Notes under the pieces: model-generated | What the model saw: only the letters and a program-made list of their open reading frames with translations | Databases searched by the model: none | What the model was told of the DNA's origin: nothing | Shown here: positions 48,584 to 62,122 of the stretch, in pieces | How positions within the stretch are numbered: position 1 is the first letter of the stretch | Layout of the letters: every line of letters begins with the position of its first letter | NCBI GenBank assembly: GCA_043228905.1 | Contig: JBHGNT010000001.1 | Coordinates: 10,664,001 to 10,728,000 of the forward strand | From: Azolla caroliniana | Lineage: Eukaryota > Plantae > Polypodiophyta | Length of the DNA stretch: 64,000 nucleotides | Direction of reading: 5' to 3' | Made by a program: the position numbers and the translations under genes

Positions 48584-49252
48584 TGTCGTGAAGATTTTCG
48601 TCCACAAGCGGAAACCCGAGCAACGAGAGCCAAAGAGCGATGTGCAACGTTGCACACGTACATAATGTATTTGTAATAGTAATAAAGGTATAAAGGTGAT
48701 GTGGTTGTACGCACATCCACGCGAGAGAGAGAGAGAGAGGTACTATGCGGTACATAGGTACCTAGTTGTTTGTGAGGAGGTGGGAGTTAAGGGGGCCATC
48801 AATCTCACCCTTCCCCAAATCAAGGCAAATATCCCCTTTGAATGAAAGGGGATATTTTAGTCTCACTTTTGTAAGCGGTCTTCCCTCCTTGTGCTATAAA
48901 AGGAGAGAGAAGGCACCATTGTGGGGGTTGCCTATTTTGTGTGAGTAAGGTATACCACTTAGTCGAGGGTTCTACTTCTTCCCATTTCGTTTTTCGGTTA
49001 GGGTTTTCTTCTTGGGTTTTCCTTTAGGGTTTTTCATATAGTCGTTTGGTGCGGCCATGGCGGCCACCATTTTGTTGTAATCATTCATTTCTTAATAGAA
49101 CTTCTTGTTGAGTATCTTGATTGCATCTTCTTCTTCTATCATAATGTCATATTCATTCTCTTCTCCTCTTGAGCTAATCTTTCTCCTCCACTCCCTAGTC
49201 CAAGACCCCCGTGGTCCCGCCCTTCTACACGCACGCGCGTAACAACGCGACA
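48584..49252 (+). repeat. Solo LTR of a divergent Trp-family subfamily, inside Copia B gag
   Basis: TGTCGTGAAG...CGCGACA with the conserved U5 box; TSD CCGG/CCGA. Confidence 0.92.
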
Positions 49253-50236
49253 CCGAATTTGTCCAAATCGGCACGCTTTCTCCAGCACTCGCTTTCCCTG
49301 TGGCCCTTTTTGCCACAGTACCAGCATTCCGTAGCGGGTTTGTCTTGTCGGCCTCCGGCACCACCTTGAGTCCCCCTACTTGTGGAAGTCTCGGAACTGT
49401 TGTCGGCACGCTCACTGTGCCTTCGTTCATGCTCTTGTCGGCCGCCTCCATTGCGTGCCGACCTGCCTCGTCCACCATGCCCGTGGGACCGATCCGCTCC
49501 CGTGTACAACATCCGGCTATTTGGGGATGCACTGGTAGATGCACCGGCGTGGTTCTCCTCTACAAGGAGCATCGACTTAAAGTTGAAAAATGAGGGCGTA
49601 TTCTCCCTTGTACAAACCGCAGTCCGGAAAGCTCCGAACTTGGATGCCAAGCCTCCAAGACAAACCTGCACCATCTCGTCTTCCTCTACGGTGATGTTAA
49701 TAGAGGCAAGCGAGTCACAGATCCCTTTCATCCGGTCTGTGTAATCTACCACCGACATGTTCTTCTGTCGAACATTGCTCAACTCTTGTCTGAGTTGCAG
49801 CTTCCGGGCAGTGGTGCTTGAGGCGAAAACCTTTTTCAGGTTTCCCCAAGCATCCTTCGGTGTCTTGGCGTCACGGATATGGCTGAGCAGTTGGTCACCG
49901 ACACTAGACGCGAAGCAGTACATCACCCTGCTTGCCACTTGTTCCCACACTGGGAAGTCCTTGTGTGTGGTCTCCGGTGCTGAGTCGTTCACTCCGTCGA
50001 CATAACTCTAGTAGCCATGCCCAAGCAGGTACTGGTGCATCTTGTATGACCAAGATGCGTAGTTGGTTCTGTCGAGCTTCTCCACCGGGAGTGACGTAGC
50101 CATACCTCTGTCCATTTCTCTTTTTGTGTCTGTTAGGGTTTCCTTCACAAGCGTAGATGTCTGCAGCAGAGGTTCTCAACCCACGCGCTCTGTGATACCA
50201 TGTGAAAGATAGCTTGCGGAAGCGTTAGAAAGAACA

Positions 50237-50237
<1 letters not shown>

Positions 50238-50277
<40 letters not shown>
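50238..50277. repeat. (AC)n microsatellite in the Copia B 5' LTR
   Basis: Read directly. Confidence 0.95.
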
Positions 50278-50280
<3 letters not shown>

Positions 50281-51217
50281 CAAAACACACTATTTTTCAA
50301 AATTATATGAATACTCTGTGCTCTATATCTACAACGTGCTCATCAGCGCTATTTATACAAGTCCACACGGGACTGTTAGAGGTACAGTGTACTTCAATGC
50401 TCACACGAGTATCTGACACTAACTACGAGACTATAGTTGCCTAGTAGTCTACCCTATACTAGGCTTTCAGTTACGGATTGGATCCGGCATACCGGCTCCC
50501 CAGCTCACCGGTCCTTACTGCTTACCGGCTCGGTTGCTCACCGGCATACCGATTCATCTCGCTTACCGGCTCAAGCTTATTCAGCCGATTCGGCTCCGGT
50601 TGAGCTTGCCGCTCAACAAAACCCGATTAAGAGCATTTTGTTCTGAAACATAATGTCGATCTTCTCCCAGAGCTCATGAGCCTTGCTCTCCTCATTAAAG
50701 TTGTTGTACAAGCTCATGTCGATGAACCACCAGATGTATGTCGTTGTCTTCATGTGCATCACCTCCCACACTGTGGCATCGATCTTGTCTGGTCTCTTGT
50801 CCCAAAACTGAACCGACAACCAAAGATCTTTAACCACCAACATGTCCCTCATCTTCGACTTCCACACTGAGTAGTTGGAGCCGGTGAGCTTGAACATGTC
50901 TCCCAACGAATCTTCCATTTTCTGTGTCGTTTCTCTCTAATACCAGATTGGCAGGAATATGCGGAATATTGCTCGGCCACAACCAAGTCTTAGGATCAAC
51001 GACAGAAAAGATTGGCATAGGGAGAAATACACATATACACACTAACAGTAGAGCAAGAGAAAGTACACAGGATGTTTACATGGAAAACCCTAAACGGGGA
51101 AAAACCACGGGAGCCCACAAGCTCTATCTATCACTATATATAGAGGGAATACAACAGGAGGAGCATAGAGGCAACAACCTCGTGCTCTCAATCTTTTCCT
51201 GACGGCAGTTACAACAG

Positions 51218-51219
<2 letters not shown>

Positions 51220-51279
<60 letters not shown>
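51220..51279. repeat. (TC)n microsatellite in the Copia C LTR
   Basis: Read directly. Confidence 0.95.
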
Positions 51280-51283
<4 letters not shown>

Positions 51284-51591
51284 CAGTAGTTACACTCAAT
51301 AACTCTGTACAACAAAATAATGACAACAACAAGAATGACCAACACTAACTTTGTTTGCCCTAGGTCATATTTATACTAATATGACTTTAGGACTATTTAC
51401 AAGTATAGCCCCAATGGGCTCTCAGAAACATATTTACCTATATGTCCCTTCATCCGGTGAGAGGTCCTCATCGGGCCTGTGTCATCCGGTTCTCACCGGG
51501 TCTTCCTTGCCGGGTACTCATCAGCCGGTTCTAACTAGGTCTTCTGTTGTCGGGTACTTGTATCCCATCCAAAGGGACCGAAATCCTAATA

Positions 51592-53024
51592 GGTAAGACT
51601 TGCCAAGATAGTGAAGGAGCCCCCCAACTCTTCAAGGGACAAGCTGATGTATATGCGGTCTAACCGTGCAAGGCTACCCCCCCTAACATTCACAACAGCT
51701 CTAGAGAAGTGCAACGGGAAGAGCCCCATGTATCTTTCACCCCGATTTTGCCAATTAAGAGAGCCCATGAGTCCAGCTCCGCACCATGAATTGGTCTTTG
51801 GGTCCCCCCTTTCTTGTCACCCAAATGCTCAGTCATGTTGAAATCACCAGCCATTATCCATGCCTCTGCATCAGGTAATGTGGTCACTAACATCCTTCAG
51901 AAGATTGCTCTCTCGGGGGATGAGTTAGGGGCATAAATGTTTAGCATCCCAATCTGTAGGCGATTCCATTTTAGAAGCACATATAAGGCTCTACCCGCGA
52001 TTAGCGTGCCGTATGATGTTACTTCATATCGGGCCATATCGCTAATCAAGATGCATACCCGTCTCCTCTTCGGTGGAGGTCACCCTATGCCGTCGACCAC
52101 CACGTGGTCCACCAACCCGACAAGCGGTTTACTAGGCTCTGATTTCTCTCTTCAGAGAGGTGGTGTTCCTGCAAAAGAAATATGTTGATGTTGCCCCCAA
52201 TATTAGGGGGATTCAACTCCTCCCGAAGTCTTTTGCACTCTTGGTGTTGCCGGCCTCCACCAAGGCCCTATACATTCCACGATAAGATCCTCATCCGAAA
52301 ACGGTGAGTTTGACGCCCATGTCCGGGCTGACCCCCATGTCATGGGGCAAACTAACCCTTGTTTTTGGGGCTATGGGCTCCAGCGAAGACTGAAGAGCTC
52401 CTAAGGGGTTTTCGGCTTGTCCATCCCGACCCGCTTCAAATAGTTCTCGTGATACGTTTTGGCTCCTAAGTGGTTGTCCAACCTGCATCCCTTTATCCCA
52501 AATAGTCTTCGCCAAACTAGGTGATGGTTTGCCTGTACTTCCCTTCCCTTTGCCCTTGATCTTGCCCGTCCGGATCCACGATTTCAGTAATCTGAGGTCA
52601 CCACCACATTCACGTTCCATCATGGGGGTGGCCTTTGCCAACATCTCCTCTGGGGTTGAAAGTACACGATGTGGTTGCAACTCCATCGGGGTTGGGAACA
52701 GGAGTTGAGGATCTTGTGGGGGAAGGGACAAGGAATCACATGGGGACAACGTTGCCGCCAACGCTTCTGGGTTTTCATCCCCTAGCCCTTGGAGCAATGT
52801 AAATCTATTGGTAGCTCTCACCTTTAGGTCGTGTGCTTCTACACTCCTTGAGAGGATCTTCACTCGTTTTAAGGGTTGCTCGTCCGCACTTGCTAGTGAC
52901 AAGGTAATGGGACTTCGGTCTAAGGGAAGGCCTTGAGAAGGAGGGGAGGCCGCACCTAGGCTTCCAAGTTCCCCCTTCTTCTTGACGGGCTGCCAAGGAG
53001 CCCCATCACACTTGGTTGACACGG
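51592..53024 (-). mobile_element. L1-type LINE fragment: ORF1 C-terminus (53024-52291) and ORF2 AP-endonuclease (52294-51592)
   Basis: MRILSWNV*GLG, LLQEHHL, NIYAPN, GDFN and RLDRIY occur in the expected order; ORF1 has an NRFTLL motif. Confidence 0.9.
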
Positions 53025-54879
53025 TGTCGTGAAGAAAACCGACCCTAAGAAGAATCAAGGAGTTAAAGGCATGAACCCCCGCCCTATCATGGGTATGTGT
53101 GAATTGATACATTGTATATAACTAGGAATAGGACGGATGATGCAAATATATTAGGTATGAGATACTTATTAATTAGGAAATCGAACCGTATCTCTGTCTG
53201 AAGGGACAGAGAATAAAGTTGACGTGTTTTGATGTAACGGCCTCCTCGACGACTTATAAAAGGGAAGGGAGAAGAGGAAGAAATCATCAGGTTTTGGGGA
53301 GGCAAGGAAGAGGTGTTGTCGGACTGGGAACCAAGCTCTCTCTTCCTCTGTCATCATTCTCTGCAGGGTTGCAACCGTTGTAGTTGTCTCTGTTATTGTA
53401 ATAGAATCCCTTGTTTCTGTGTTATTTGCGTTGTCCGTGTTATCAGTGTTTCTTCTTCCATTTCTCTCGAGTGTGCTCCTTGGTTGAATCAGTATACGCA
53501 TTGGTGGTTCAATTAGCAGACCAGTGCCGATGGTTGCTGACAAGTCTAGCAGGCATTACACGTGTGCGCTTCTCACTTCCTCTTGTCTCTCTCTTGCTCC
53601 TCGGTTTAGGGCTCCCGTGGTTCCGCCTTATTTCATACGCGAAAACAAAACAACACGACATATTCGGTGAACCCGATGTGAAACAAGGCGGTAGAGGAGT
53701 GAAGATGAGGGGATCGGAGCTCGCCGAAGCCATGGAGGCAATGGTCGATCGAATAGTAAGTGCCCGCGAGGGCACGGGCACCCTCGATAGGGCCATTGAA
53801 GCAATTGTCGGCACAGTAGGCCAATTCGGTGGGAAGGATACCACGAGCTATTTGGTGGCCTACCGAACCGAGATGGTGATGAGAGACATTCCAGAGGATA
53901 GGTGTCTGGCCGGGTTCCCTCGGGTGGTGACACCGGGCATCCACACAGAGGTGCTCGAGGTACGGGCTGGATGCCGGACCTGGGAAGAATTCGAAGCACG
54001 GCTCCTCGAAAGGTACGAGCTTGATGATGCACTTTGGTTATCGAAGCGGGACTTCATGGAGTGGGTGGAAACCCCCGGAAAGGGGAGGAATGCGTTGGCG
54101 CTCCTCCGGGAGTTCGAGGAACGCTTCGCACGGCTCTCAACGTTGGATAGGACCGTGTTGGACACGAGCCGTGTCCTGTTATTCGTCAAATCGGTGGATG
54201 CGCGGGATAGGGACCAGGTGGGTCTCCTGTTGGAGACAAATAATGGGCCGACTACTGACTAGGCCATGGTCAAGGGGGTCTGCAACCGCTTCGACAAACG
54301 GCGAAAGTGGGGCGACGAGAAGTCATCGGTGACGGGACCCACCCAGTGTTGGGCAAAGTCCCAGGAACAGTGTTAACATTCCGGTTGGGTTGGGACTTTT
54401 GCCGGCCAAGGTGGGGGACAACCGGAATTGATTCCGGCCAAGTTTTTCTACCAACCGGAATCTAGTCGGTTCAAAAAATATGAACCGGCTATTTATGTAG
54501 TTTATGTAAAAAAAAGGTAAAAAAGAGAAGTTCTTATGTATTCTTTTTTTCTTTCCCCCTTTTTACCCCCTTTTACTGTTTTATTTTCCCCCTCTTTTTG
54601 TTTTTCTCCCTCTCTGTGTCATATTTCCTGCTCGCTACTCCCGAGTCCCTCCTTGTTGCTCGTTGCTCCCTCCTCGTTGCTTGCTGCTCAATGCTCCCTC
54701 CTCGTTGCTCGTTGTCATTCCTCCTTCCTACTTCCTCGTTTGCTAACAGGTGCTTGTTATTCATTGCTCGTTACTCGCAAACGCTCCTCACTACTCACTG
54801 TTCATTGCACATTGCCCACTGCTCATTGCTTATTAGTAATTACTCACTAATTGTTGCTCCTTCTTCGTTGATTGCCGCT

Positions 54880-55165
54880 CATCACTCAGTAATGGTTGCT
54901 CGTTGATTGCCGTTGGTCACTCATTGATTCCCGCTTGCTTATTGTCGCTCGTCACTCGTCGCTCACTGATTTCTGCTCATTGATTGTCGCATGTCGCTCG
55001 TCGCTCACTGATTGCCACTCGCTGATTGTCGCTCATCGCTCATTGATTGCCGCTTGCTGATTGTCGCTCATCGCTCATTGATTGCCACTCACCGCTTGCT
55101 GATTGTCACTTGTCACTCGTCGCTCATCATTCGTTACTCGTCGATCACCACTCGTTGATTCCCCC
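54880..55165. repeat. Degenerate short tandem repeats (CGCTCA(T/C)TGATTG-like) in the hAT 5' region
   Basis: Recurrent GCTCA/TGATTG units. Confidence 0.75.
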
Positions 55166-55381
55166 ACGTTACTTGCCGCACGTTGATCGTCGCTCATTAC
55201 TTGCCGCTTACTAGGAGTTGTTCATCGCTCGTCACTTGTTGCTCTCTATTGCGGGGTGAGTGCACATTTTTAAGTATTACAGTCTTGTACCCTCAATCCA
55301 TTTTCTCATATAATTATGTGAACTTGCATTACCTTGTTTATTTTCCTTCTAGGTTGTATGTTTTTATTCTAGAATATTCAT

Positions 55382-55699
55382 ATTAATAAGTGTAGGCTTC
55401 ATGTACGTAGTTTGATGACAATAAGACCTTAAGACCATTCATAAAATGTAACAATAGTGAAGAGATTCATTTTGCAATACATCACAATGTAGGCTTTGAA
55501 TCAAACATTCATGTATGACATTTTCAATCATCAAGTGATTATTAATAAGTGTAGGCTTCATGTACGTAGTTTGATGACAATAAGACCTTAAGACCATTCA
55601 TAAAATGTAACAATAATGAAGAGATTCATTTTGCAATACATCACAATGTAGGCTTTCAATCAAACATTCATGTATGACATTTTCAATTATCAAGTGATT
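55382..55699. repeat. Two-copy 159-bp tandem duplication inside the hAT
   Basis: ATTAATAAGTGTAGGCTTC... at 55382 and 55541, with about 3 differences. Confidence 0.92.
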
Positions 55700-56846
55700 T
55701 GATCACTTCTTAAACGTCTCTTGAACATTGTACGGCAAAGATGAGGGAACATTGCAAAGTATGTGCATTGGAGAAGAGGGTTGAATCTTCACGCTTCTTT
55801 TTAGTGGGTGAACATGAAGTCGTGAAGATGTAAGGAAGCTCGGTGTGGAAAGAGATTTACGCTTCTTCATCATCATCATCAAGGGGCTACTATGATAAAC
55901 AAATTAGGCAAATCTAAAATACTATTTACTTATTACAATATAACTAGACGAATCAACAAATTTGTGATGAGAATCAACATGTATTTCAAACATATGTAGT
56001 GGAGGATAGGTTGAAAATCAGGAGGGAATTATGCACAACAAATTATCTTAGCACAAAAAAAGCATAAAAAGATTATGAGAATAGACAAGAATAAATCACA
56101 AGGAGACATGTATATTTCATTATTACCTTGCATTTGTATTGTCATCTTGTTTTAATATATACGTCACTTTTGTAAAATGAAGTTGAGGGCTGATTTTGGT
56201 ACCTAGTAGAGAATGCTCCAACTTTGAAAAGGATCGTTGAAAGTCTAGTCATTTAACACTATTATTTATCTTTCATGGATCATTTAAATGGTGAAAATGT
56301 TTTATACTTGTAAATTTACCCCAAGATTCCTTTGCTAACTCGCACACATCTCTTAACTCCAAAACATGTTGTTTTTTATCATTTGTTTCTTGGTAAACAT
56401 ATTATATTCAATCAATTTTATGTTCTATTATATCGTATGAGTTCAAACTCAAATATTTATGAGTTCATGAAAACTCGACAATTATTACCTTACATTTTTA
56501 TTGTCCTCTTGTTTTAATAATACACTACTTTTTTTCTCTTGATCTTTTCCTTCATATTGTTTGTAATATATTTGTTCCCTCAATTTCTTTCACATTTACA
56601 TACATGGACTTGCATGTGTGTGTAAGCTAATGTGAGTAATCCTCTTTCATATTTATTTTTTGATAGATTCGAAGATCTATAGTGGAAACTTGATCCTTGA
56701 TTGCCTCGTAATCTTCCATATATCCCAGGTATTTTAATTTGCTTATTCTTTTTAGAAAACATGGATTGTGTATGTATATTTCCCCTTCTTTTAAATGGAA
56801 TCCATAGATTATGCTAGTCCAATGTACTCTACATTATTGTTACAGT

Positions 56847-59079
56847 ATGTCCCACAACAAAAATACGAAAGGCAAAGGAAAGCAAATCAATCTCTTTACA
56901 ATCCCTGGTTTTAGGAAAAACTTGTCATCTTTCAATGAAGATGTGTCTCTAGAAGAGCCTATAAAGGACCATTAACCCTCTCACGAGTTATTTCATGAGA
57001 TGAATAGAATTAGTAAGGCCAAACTAAAATTTCAAGAAGATTGGCCTACTAAATTTAAGTGGCTTCAAGAGGATTTGGAAACTGGTCTTTTATGGTGTAG
57101 TTATTGTAGGAGTGATCCTCATTGTAAGTCTTCATTTGGCAAAACGGGTGCCAGAAACTTTAAGACTTCTGCATTATAAGACCATGCAAGAAGTGTGGCC
57201 CATCGAGATGCCATTTTATTCGAAGAACGAGACAAGAATGGTCTTGAAAAATGGGCATCAAAGAAAAAAGCTAGTGTGGATGTAGCAATTGAAAAATTGT
57301 TAAAATGTGCATATTTTATAGCTAAAGAGGATTTGGCATTTAAAAAACTGGAATGCCTCTTACGATTGCTAAGAGAATGTGGTGTGGAAGGCCTTCCACG
57401 AATGTATAACGATAATAAGGCTTGTGCAAGCTTTATCTTGCACATTAGCAAGGCTCTTGAAGCCGAGATATATGATAGGGTGAGGACAAGTCCTTGGTTT
57501 GGGCTTATGGTAGATGAAGCTACCGATGTAAGTGTAACCAAGAACTTGATCCTTTACGCTACACTTGTGGAAGGAAGGCAAGTAAAAACCTCTTATTTGG
57601 AGTTACTTGAAGTAGAGGATGGTACAACAAACACAATAACAGAAAGCATTTTAGCATTGTTAAAAAAGTGGAATCTAGATGTTAGAAAAATGATGGGATT
57701 TGGAAGTGATGGAGCATCTGTTATGGTAGGTATGTCTACAGGTGTTGCTACAAGATTGAAGTCATATAATCCATTTATGACTTCCTTACATTGTTGTGCA
57801 CATCGAACAAACTTGTGTGTGCAAGAGGCTTCAAAGAACATTGAAGTCAAAGAAACATGCAAGCAGTTAGATGCCCTTGTGAATCGGGTGGCTGCACATT
57901 TCTCGAGGAGCCCAATGCGCCAAGGTGAATTAACTAAGATGCAAGATGCATTAGAATACACACATTTGCATATTCTTGGGATTGTGAAGACACGATGGCT
58001 TAGTCGGCATGGTGCTATCATGAGGGTATGCGATGTGTATGAACCCTTGATGAAGACTTTGCAATCGCAAAGTGATGCATACAATGTATTCTTAAGTTTA
58101 AGAAACTTCAAAGTAGTGTATATGCTTCACTTCCTTGCAGATGTACTTAAGATCATGTCTACGTTAAGTAGAATTCCAAAAGGAATACGTGGATGTGACA
58201 TGCATTGGAGGTTTGGCTATGATAGCCATTGGGGAGATAGAAGAACAATTTCTACATCATGTTATGATGGATCTCAATGGTTTTGAGAAGGATAGCTATA
58301 ATTATCCAATTATTCCAGAATATGGTAGAGAAAAAGGAATGCTTTCAGTTTTACGAGATGCTATAAAAGGTAATATGTATAAAAGCAACCTCATGGATAG
58401 ATGTATTGATGGTGAGGACTTAATTGAAGCCATACGATTCCAAACTTTGTTTTCTAAGGCATTAATAGAGATAATAATAAAAAGGCTTCAAGATCCGATG
58501 ACTCTTTCCGCGTTGAAAATGTTATCACCAATGAACATGTCTACCAGATCTACAAGCACTTTAGCACGAAAAACTATGGGTCTTAATGAGTTGAAAACAC
58601 TTGGAAATTTTTATGGCATTCAAAAAATGATAGATGGGAAAGCGTTTTCTCCCATAATTGATAATGATAAATTGTATGATGAATATGCAATTTTCAAAAG
58701 GCAAGCCACTACGGAATGGCATGGAAGAGATTTCTTAGATGTTTGGGGTATGATAAATTGTAATGATGTGTGGAAAGAAAAGCTACCCGAACTTCTAAAG
58801 CTTTCATTGATAGGATTAATTCAATGTTCTTCTACGGCAGCATGTGAGAGAGGCTTTAGTCGCCTAAATCTAATAAAAAATAAGTTTAGAAATAGGTTAA
58901 AAAGCAATGTGGTTGATGCATTGATACGAATCTCTATTGAAGGACCTGAACTAGAAGAACATGACTTTAGTGCCAACATTTTGTTGTGGCGAGAAAGCAA
59001 GGCATATCGTCATATTTTTACAGGAACTTCTCATGAGCATGATGATGACATCGAGGACTTCATAGAAGATATAGATTGA
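56847..59079 (+). pseudogene. hAT transposase (ZNF862/DUF4371-like), disrupted
   Basis: N-terminal WCSYC...H...H zinc finger; DEATD; SDGASVM; HCCAH; TRWLS; CERGFS dimerisation motif. Two early stops and a frameshift near 58175. Confidence 0.9.
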
Positions 59080-62000
59080 AACATTATAAATTTGATCGAT
59101 TTTGTTTTGGAACTTTCTATATACTAGATCTAATTTGATCTAATATGTTGTTAATGCTACTTTACAAAGTTTTGAAAAGTGAAATTTGTTTAAAAAGTTA
59201 GAATTTTTTTTGGTAAATATATATCTTTAGTTTTTGGGATCCAAAATTTTGTGATTGATTTGTTTTGGTATTACGCTAGATTTTTCTTTTTGATTTGGTA
59301 TATGGCCAATTTTTTTTTTTAACATGTTCCGGTTGACATTGTCGCTAGTAGGAACGTGGCCGGCTGAAATTTTAAAATTCCGGTTAGGTTTATGAGAAGC
59401 AGGAAAATTTCCGGTATGGGCTAGAGACTTTGCCCAACACTGGACCCACCCCAACAAGGAAGTTCGACGAGCCTTCGCCGGCACGAAAGGAGGAAACCCA
59501 GAGTTGGCTTGAAATTGGCCCAACGCCGACCGGAGCGATCAAGGGCCCATCTGGGGGAGCGGCTCTTGAGGAGCTGACACAAATGGTGCACGACCTGCAG
59601 ATCGCGCATGCCCGGAGAGACAATGGAGGGCAGCCACCCGACCGAAGGCCACCGGCTGGACAACGGTGTATTTGGTGCGACGCGGTCGGACACAGTCGGC
59701 GAGACAACGTTGAGTTTGTCGAAGCCCTCAGGTGTAATGTGGTGTACCTATGGAACGTACGGGTGTATGCTGGTGATACTCGGAGAGAGGCGGAGACGAA
59801 TTTCGGGCATGGCGGGATGAAGCAACTAATGGAAGAGGCGGAGGCGCGCCATGTGGAGACCGTCCATTATTCATCATTGGCCGGGATCCGGGTGGGAGGT
59901 GACAAAGATCGGAAAATGAAGAATTCTGGCTTCTGGCCCTCAATGCTAGAAGGCCTCTCCGGCGCACGACTGAAGAGGGAGGAAGCGAGTCACGCAAAGC
60001 AGCGGGTCCGGGTGGTCACTGGATGGGACAATCCGGTTGAGGAGAAGACCGGTCTCGTGGAAGCCACATGCCAGAACTACGAGGTTCTGGTAGAAGACAA
60101 GCGCGCGGGAAAGGCTGGAGGGGTCAGTCCCTCACAACGGTATGAGACCCGGTTCGGACCGAAGCCGAACGACGCCACCAACACCGGCGCGCCGGATAGA
60201 AGAAAACAGGTCGGTTTCCGGTTGAGCACCGAAATCGAGCGAACGACGAACCTATGAAAGGTCCTCGAGGAACGGATCCTCGACAACTAGGTGGAGTTGT
60301 CATTACGAGAGGTACTCTGGATTGCCAAGAAGGAGTTCCATAACTCCATTGTAAACCTGGTAAAGCGTAAGCCTAGTAAAGCGTAAGCGGCTCTCTACGG
60401 AGACGGAGCCGGAGAAGCCTGTGGAGGTACGGACGGCACGCTTGGAAGACATGTCCCTGGAAGATGAGTTGGCGTAAAACCACTATTTGAGGTCGCACTG
60501 GACCAGGGCCACTAGGGAGACCCCTGTTCGGATCGGGGACGTCCAGGAGCCTGGGGTGGTATTGATAAACCACGGCTTGGAGATCAACCTTATGTTCATG
60601 GACTTCTAAAAGAAGGGGAAGTGGCTGATCAACACCAAGCACGGCTGGAAAATACGCGGGACGACCCGCACTACGGAGGAGCTGCACGAGGCATGCCCGA
60701 ATGTACGCATCAAGATTAGCGACGTCAAGATCGATCAACACTTTTTCGTGCAGGAGACGTTTTCACACCCGGTGATACTCGGCGAGCCGTACATTACGGC
60801 AGCGCGTATGGAGACAAGGGTGTTGGATAACGGTTCGGCATACGCGCGCATAAAGAGCCAAGGTGGACGACACTCCGTCCAATTCCTGACTGTACGACCA
60901 AACCATGAGCGGAACCGCGAAACCCTCGACGGCGGCGAACGAGGGGATTTTTAGAGAGGGCTATCGAGGCGTGGGGTTGCGATAGTCCGGACACCCCGGA
61001 GGATCCCCACACCTGTACCATAGGTAGGAAGTTTTGGTTCTCCGATAGCGGAGGTTGTACGATAGCCGACATCGTTGGCCGGGAAAAGAAGCGAGTAGAG
61101 GAATGACTCGAGACATGTGGAGTCCTCGACCTCGATGAGGAAATTAGCGGCGTCGTGGAGGCGGTCTCTTTCGATGACACCCTCAGGGAAATCGGGGAGG
61201 TGACTGAAGAAGGCCTCAATGAAGACCGAACGATTCCAGTTAACTCGGTGGGAATGTATGAAGTCATTGCTGTCTTCGGGGAAAGGGTCGGGTCGGATCA
61301 GATGGCCTGCGTAGATACAAGGTACAAGACTGTGGACCGGAAGGTGAGGCCAGTCGCGGCACCCTTGCCAAAGGGCAGCAAGGAACGAATAAAGGGGGTC
61401 ACGTGGGACCCAAGTTTACGAGATCCGGCCAGCATAGGACACCGGTTCACCGATGTAACGCTACAGGAGCTCAAGGTTGGTGGGGGTGGCTTTCTACTTC
61501 CGGCGGAGGAGGAATAGTTTCGGGGAATGCTCGAGAGGCACTGGAAGGCCTTTGCATTCTCACCGGAAGAGATCGGGTGCGTGGACCTGACGGTTGTTGA
61601 GCCGATGGTTATCTTTACGGTACCGCATGTGCCGTGGAATCTCAAACTGATTCCAATACCTAGAGCTCACATCTTGAAGCTGATGGAGTTGTTGAAGCAG
61701 AAGGTAGAGATGCGCATCCTCAAACTGTCGAGTGCCCCATACTCGAATCGATGGTTTACCGTGCCTAAGAAGAACGGCACGTTGCACTTTATTCACGACC
61801 TGTAGCCTGTCAACAAGGTGACGATTCAGAACGCAGGGATCGGGCCAACCATTGACGAGTTCGCGGAGGCCTTCGCCGGAAGGTCGATCTATTCGGTCAG
61901 GGATCTATACTCGGGGTACAACCAGTTCCAACTAGCCGTGGAGAGCAGGGATATTACGACAATGCTACAAAGGCTCGAGAACGCGCGACTCACCTTCTCT

Positions 62001-62122
62001 AGAGAGAAGTCAGCTTTCGGGTAGTCGGAGATCCTGGTAGTCGGGCACTTGTGCGGGCCTTATGGCCGGAAACCTTCTACGGCGAAGGTGGAGGCCATCT
62101 CCGCAATGAAGGATGAATGCGG

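Larger units (their letters stand above)
37296..50103 (-). pseudogene. Copia B polyprotein (gag-PR-INT-RT-RH plus C-terminal extension), interrupted
   Basis: CWYCGKKGHRESEC; WYVDSGASNHM; RSDGGKEY and TPQQNGVAERKN; LYGLKQAPR; YVDD; TDADWAG; KHIEVHYHFVRE. Confidence 0.93.
36880..50618 (-). mobile_element. Copia B, full-length; LTRs 50201-50618 (5') and 36880-37301 (3'); interrupted by E5 and a solo LTR
   Basis: Paired LTRs of about 420 bp and a 5-bp TSD AAACC (36875-36879 and 50619-50623). PBS TGGTATCACAGAGC (iMet type plus 2 nt) and PPT present. Confidence 0.96.
34449..51591 (-). mobile_element. Copia C (Tnt1-like), degenerate. 5' LTR about 50948-51591, gag start 50918, and gag-PR-INT-start of RT at 34449-36879; interrupted by Copia B.
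   Basis: MEDSLGDMFKLTGSNYSVWK; CFYCGKPGHFQKNC; WVVDS; LWHKRLCH; PELNGMAE; KWVYKLK; VKMTSIR. PBS remnant TGGTATTAGAG at 50935-50945(-). Confidence 0.9.
54344..59442 (+). mobile_element. Complete hAT DNA transposon
   Basis: Perfect 17-bp TIR CAGTGTTGGGCAAAGTC and 8-bp TSD GACCCACC (54336-54343 and 59443-59450). Host gag resumes after it. Confidence 0.97.

Noticed and set aside
57195-59079. Domesticated host ZNF862-like gene
   Set aside because: It lies within TIRs and an 8-bp TSD and carries stops and a frameshift
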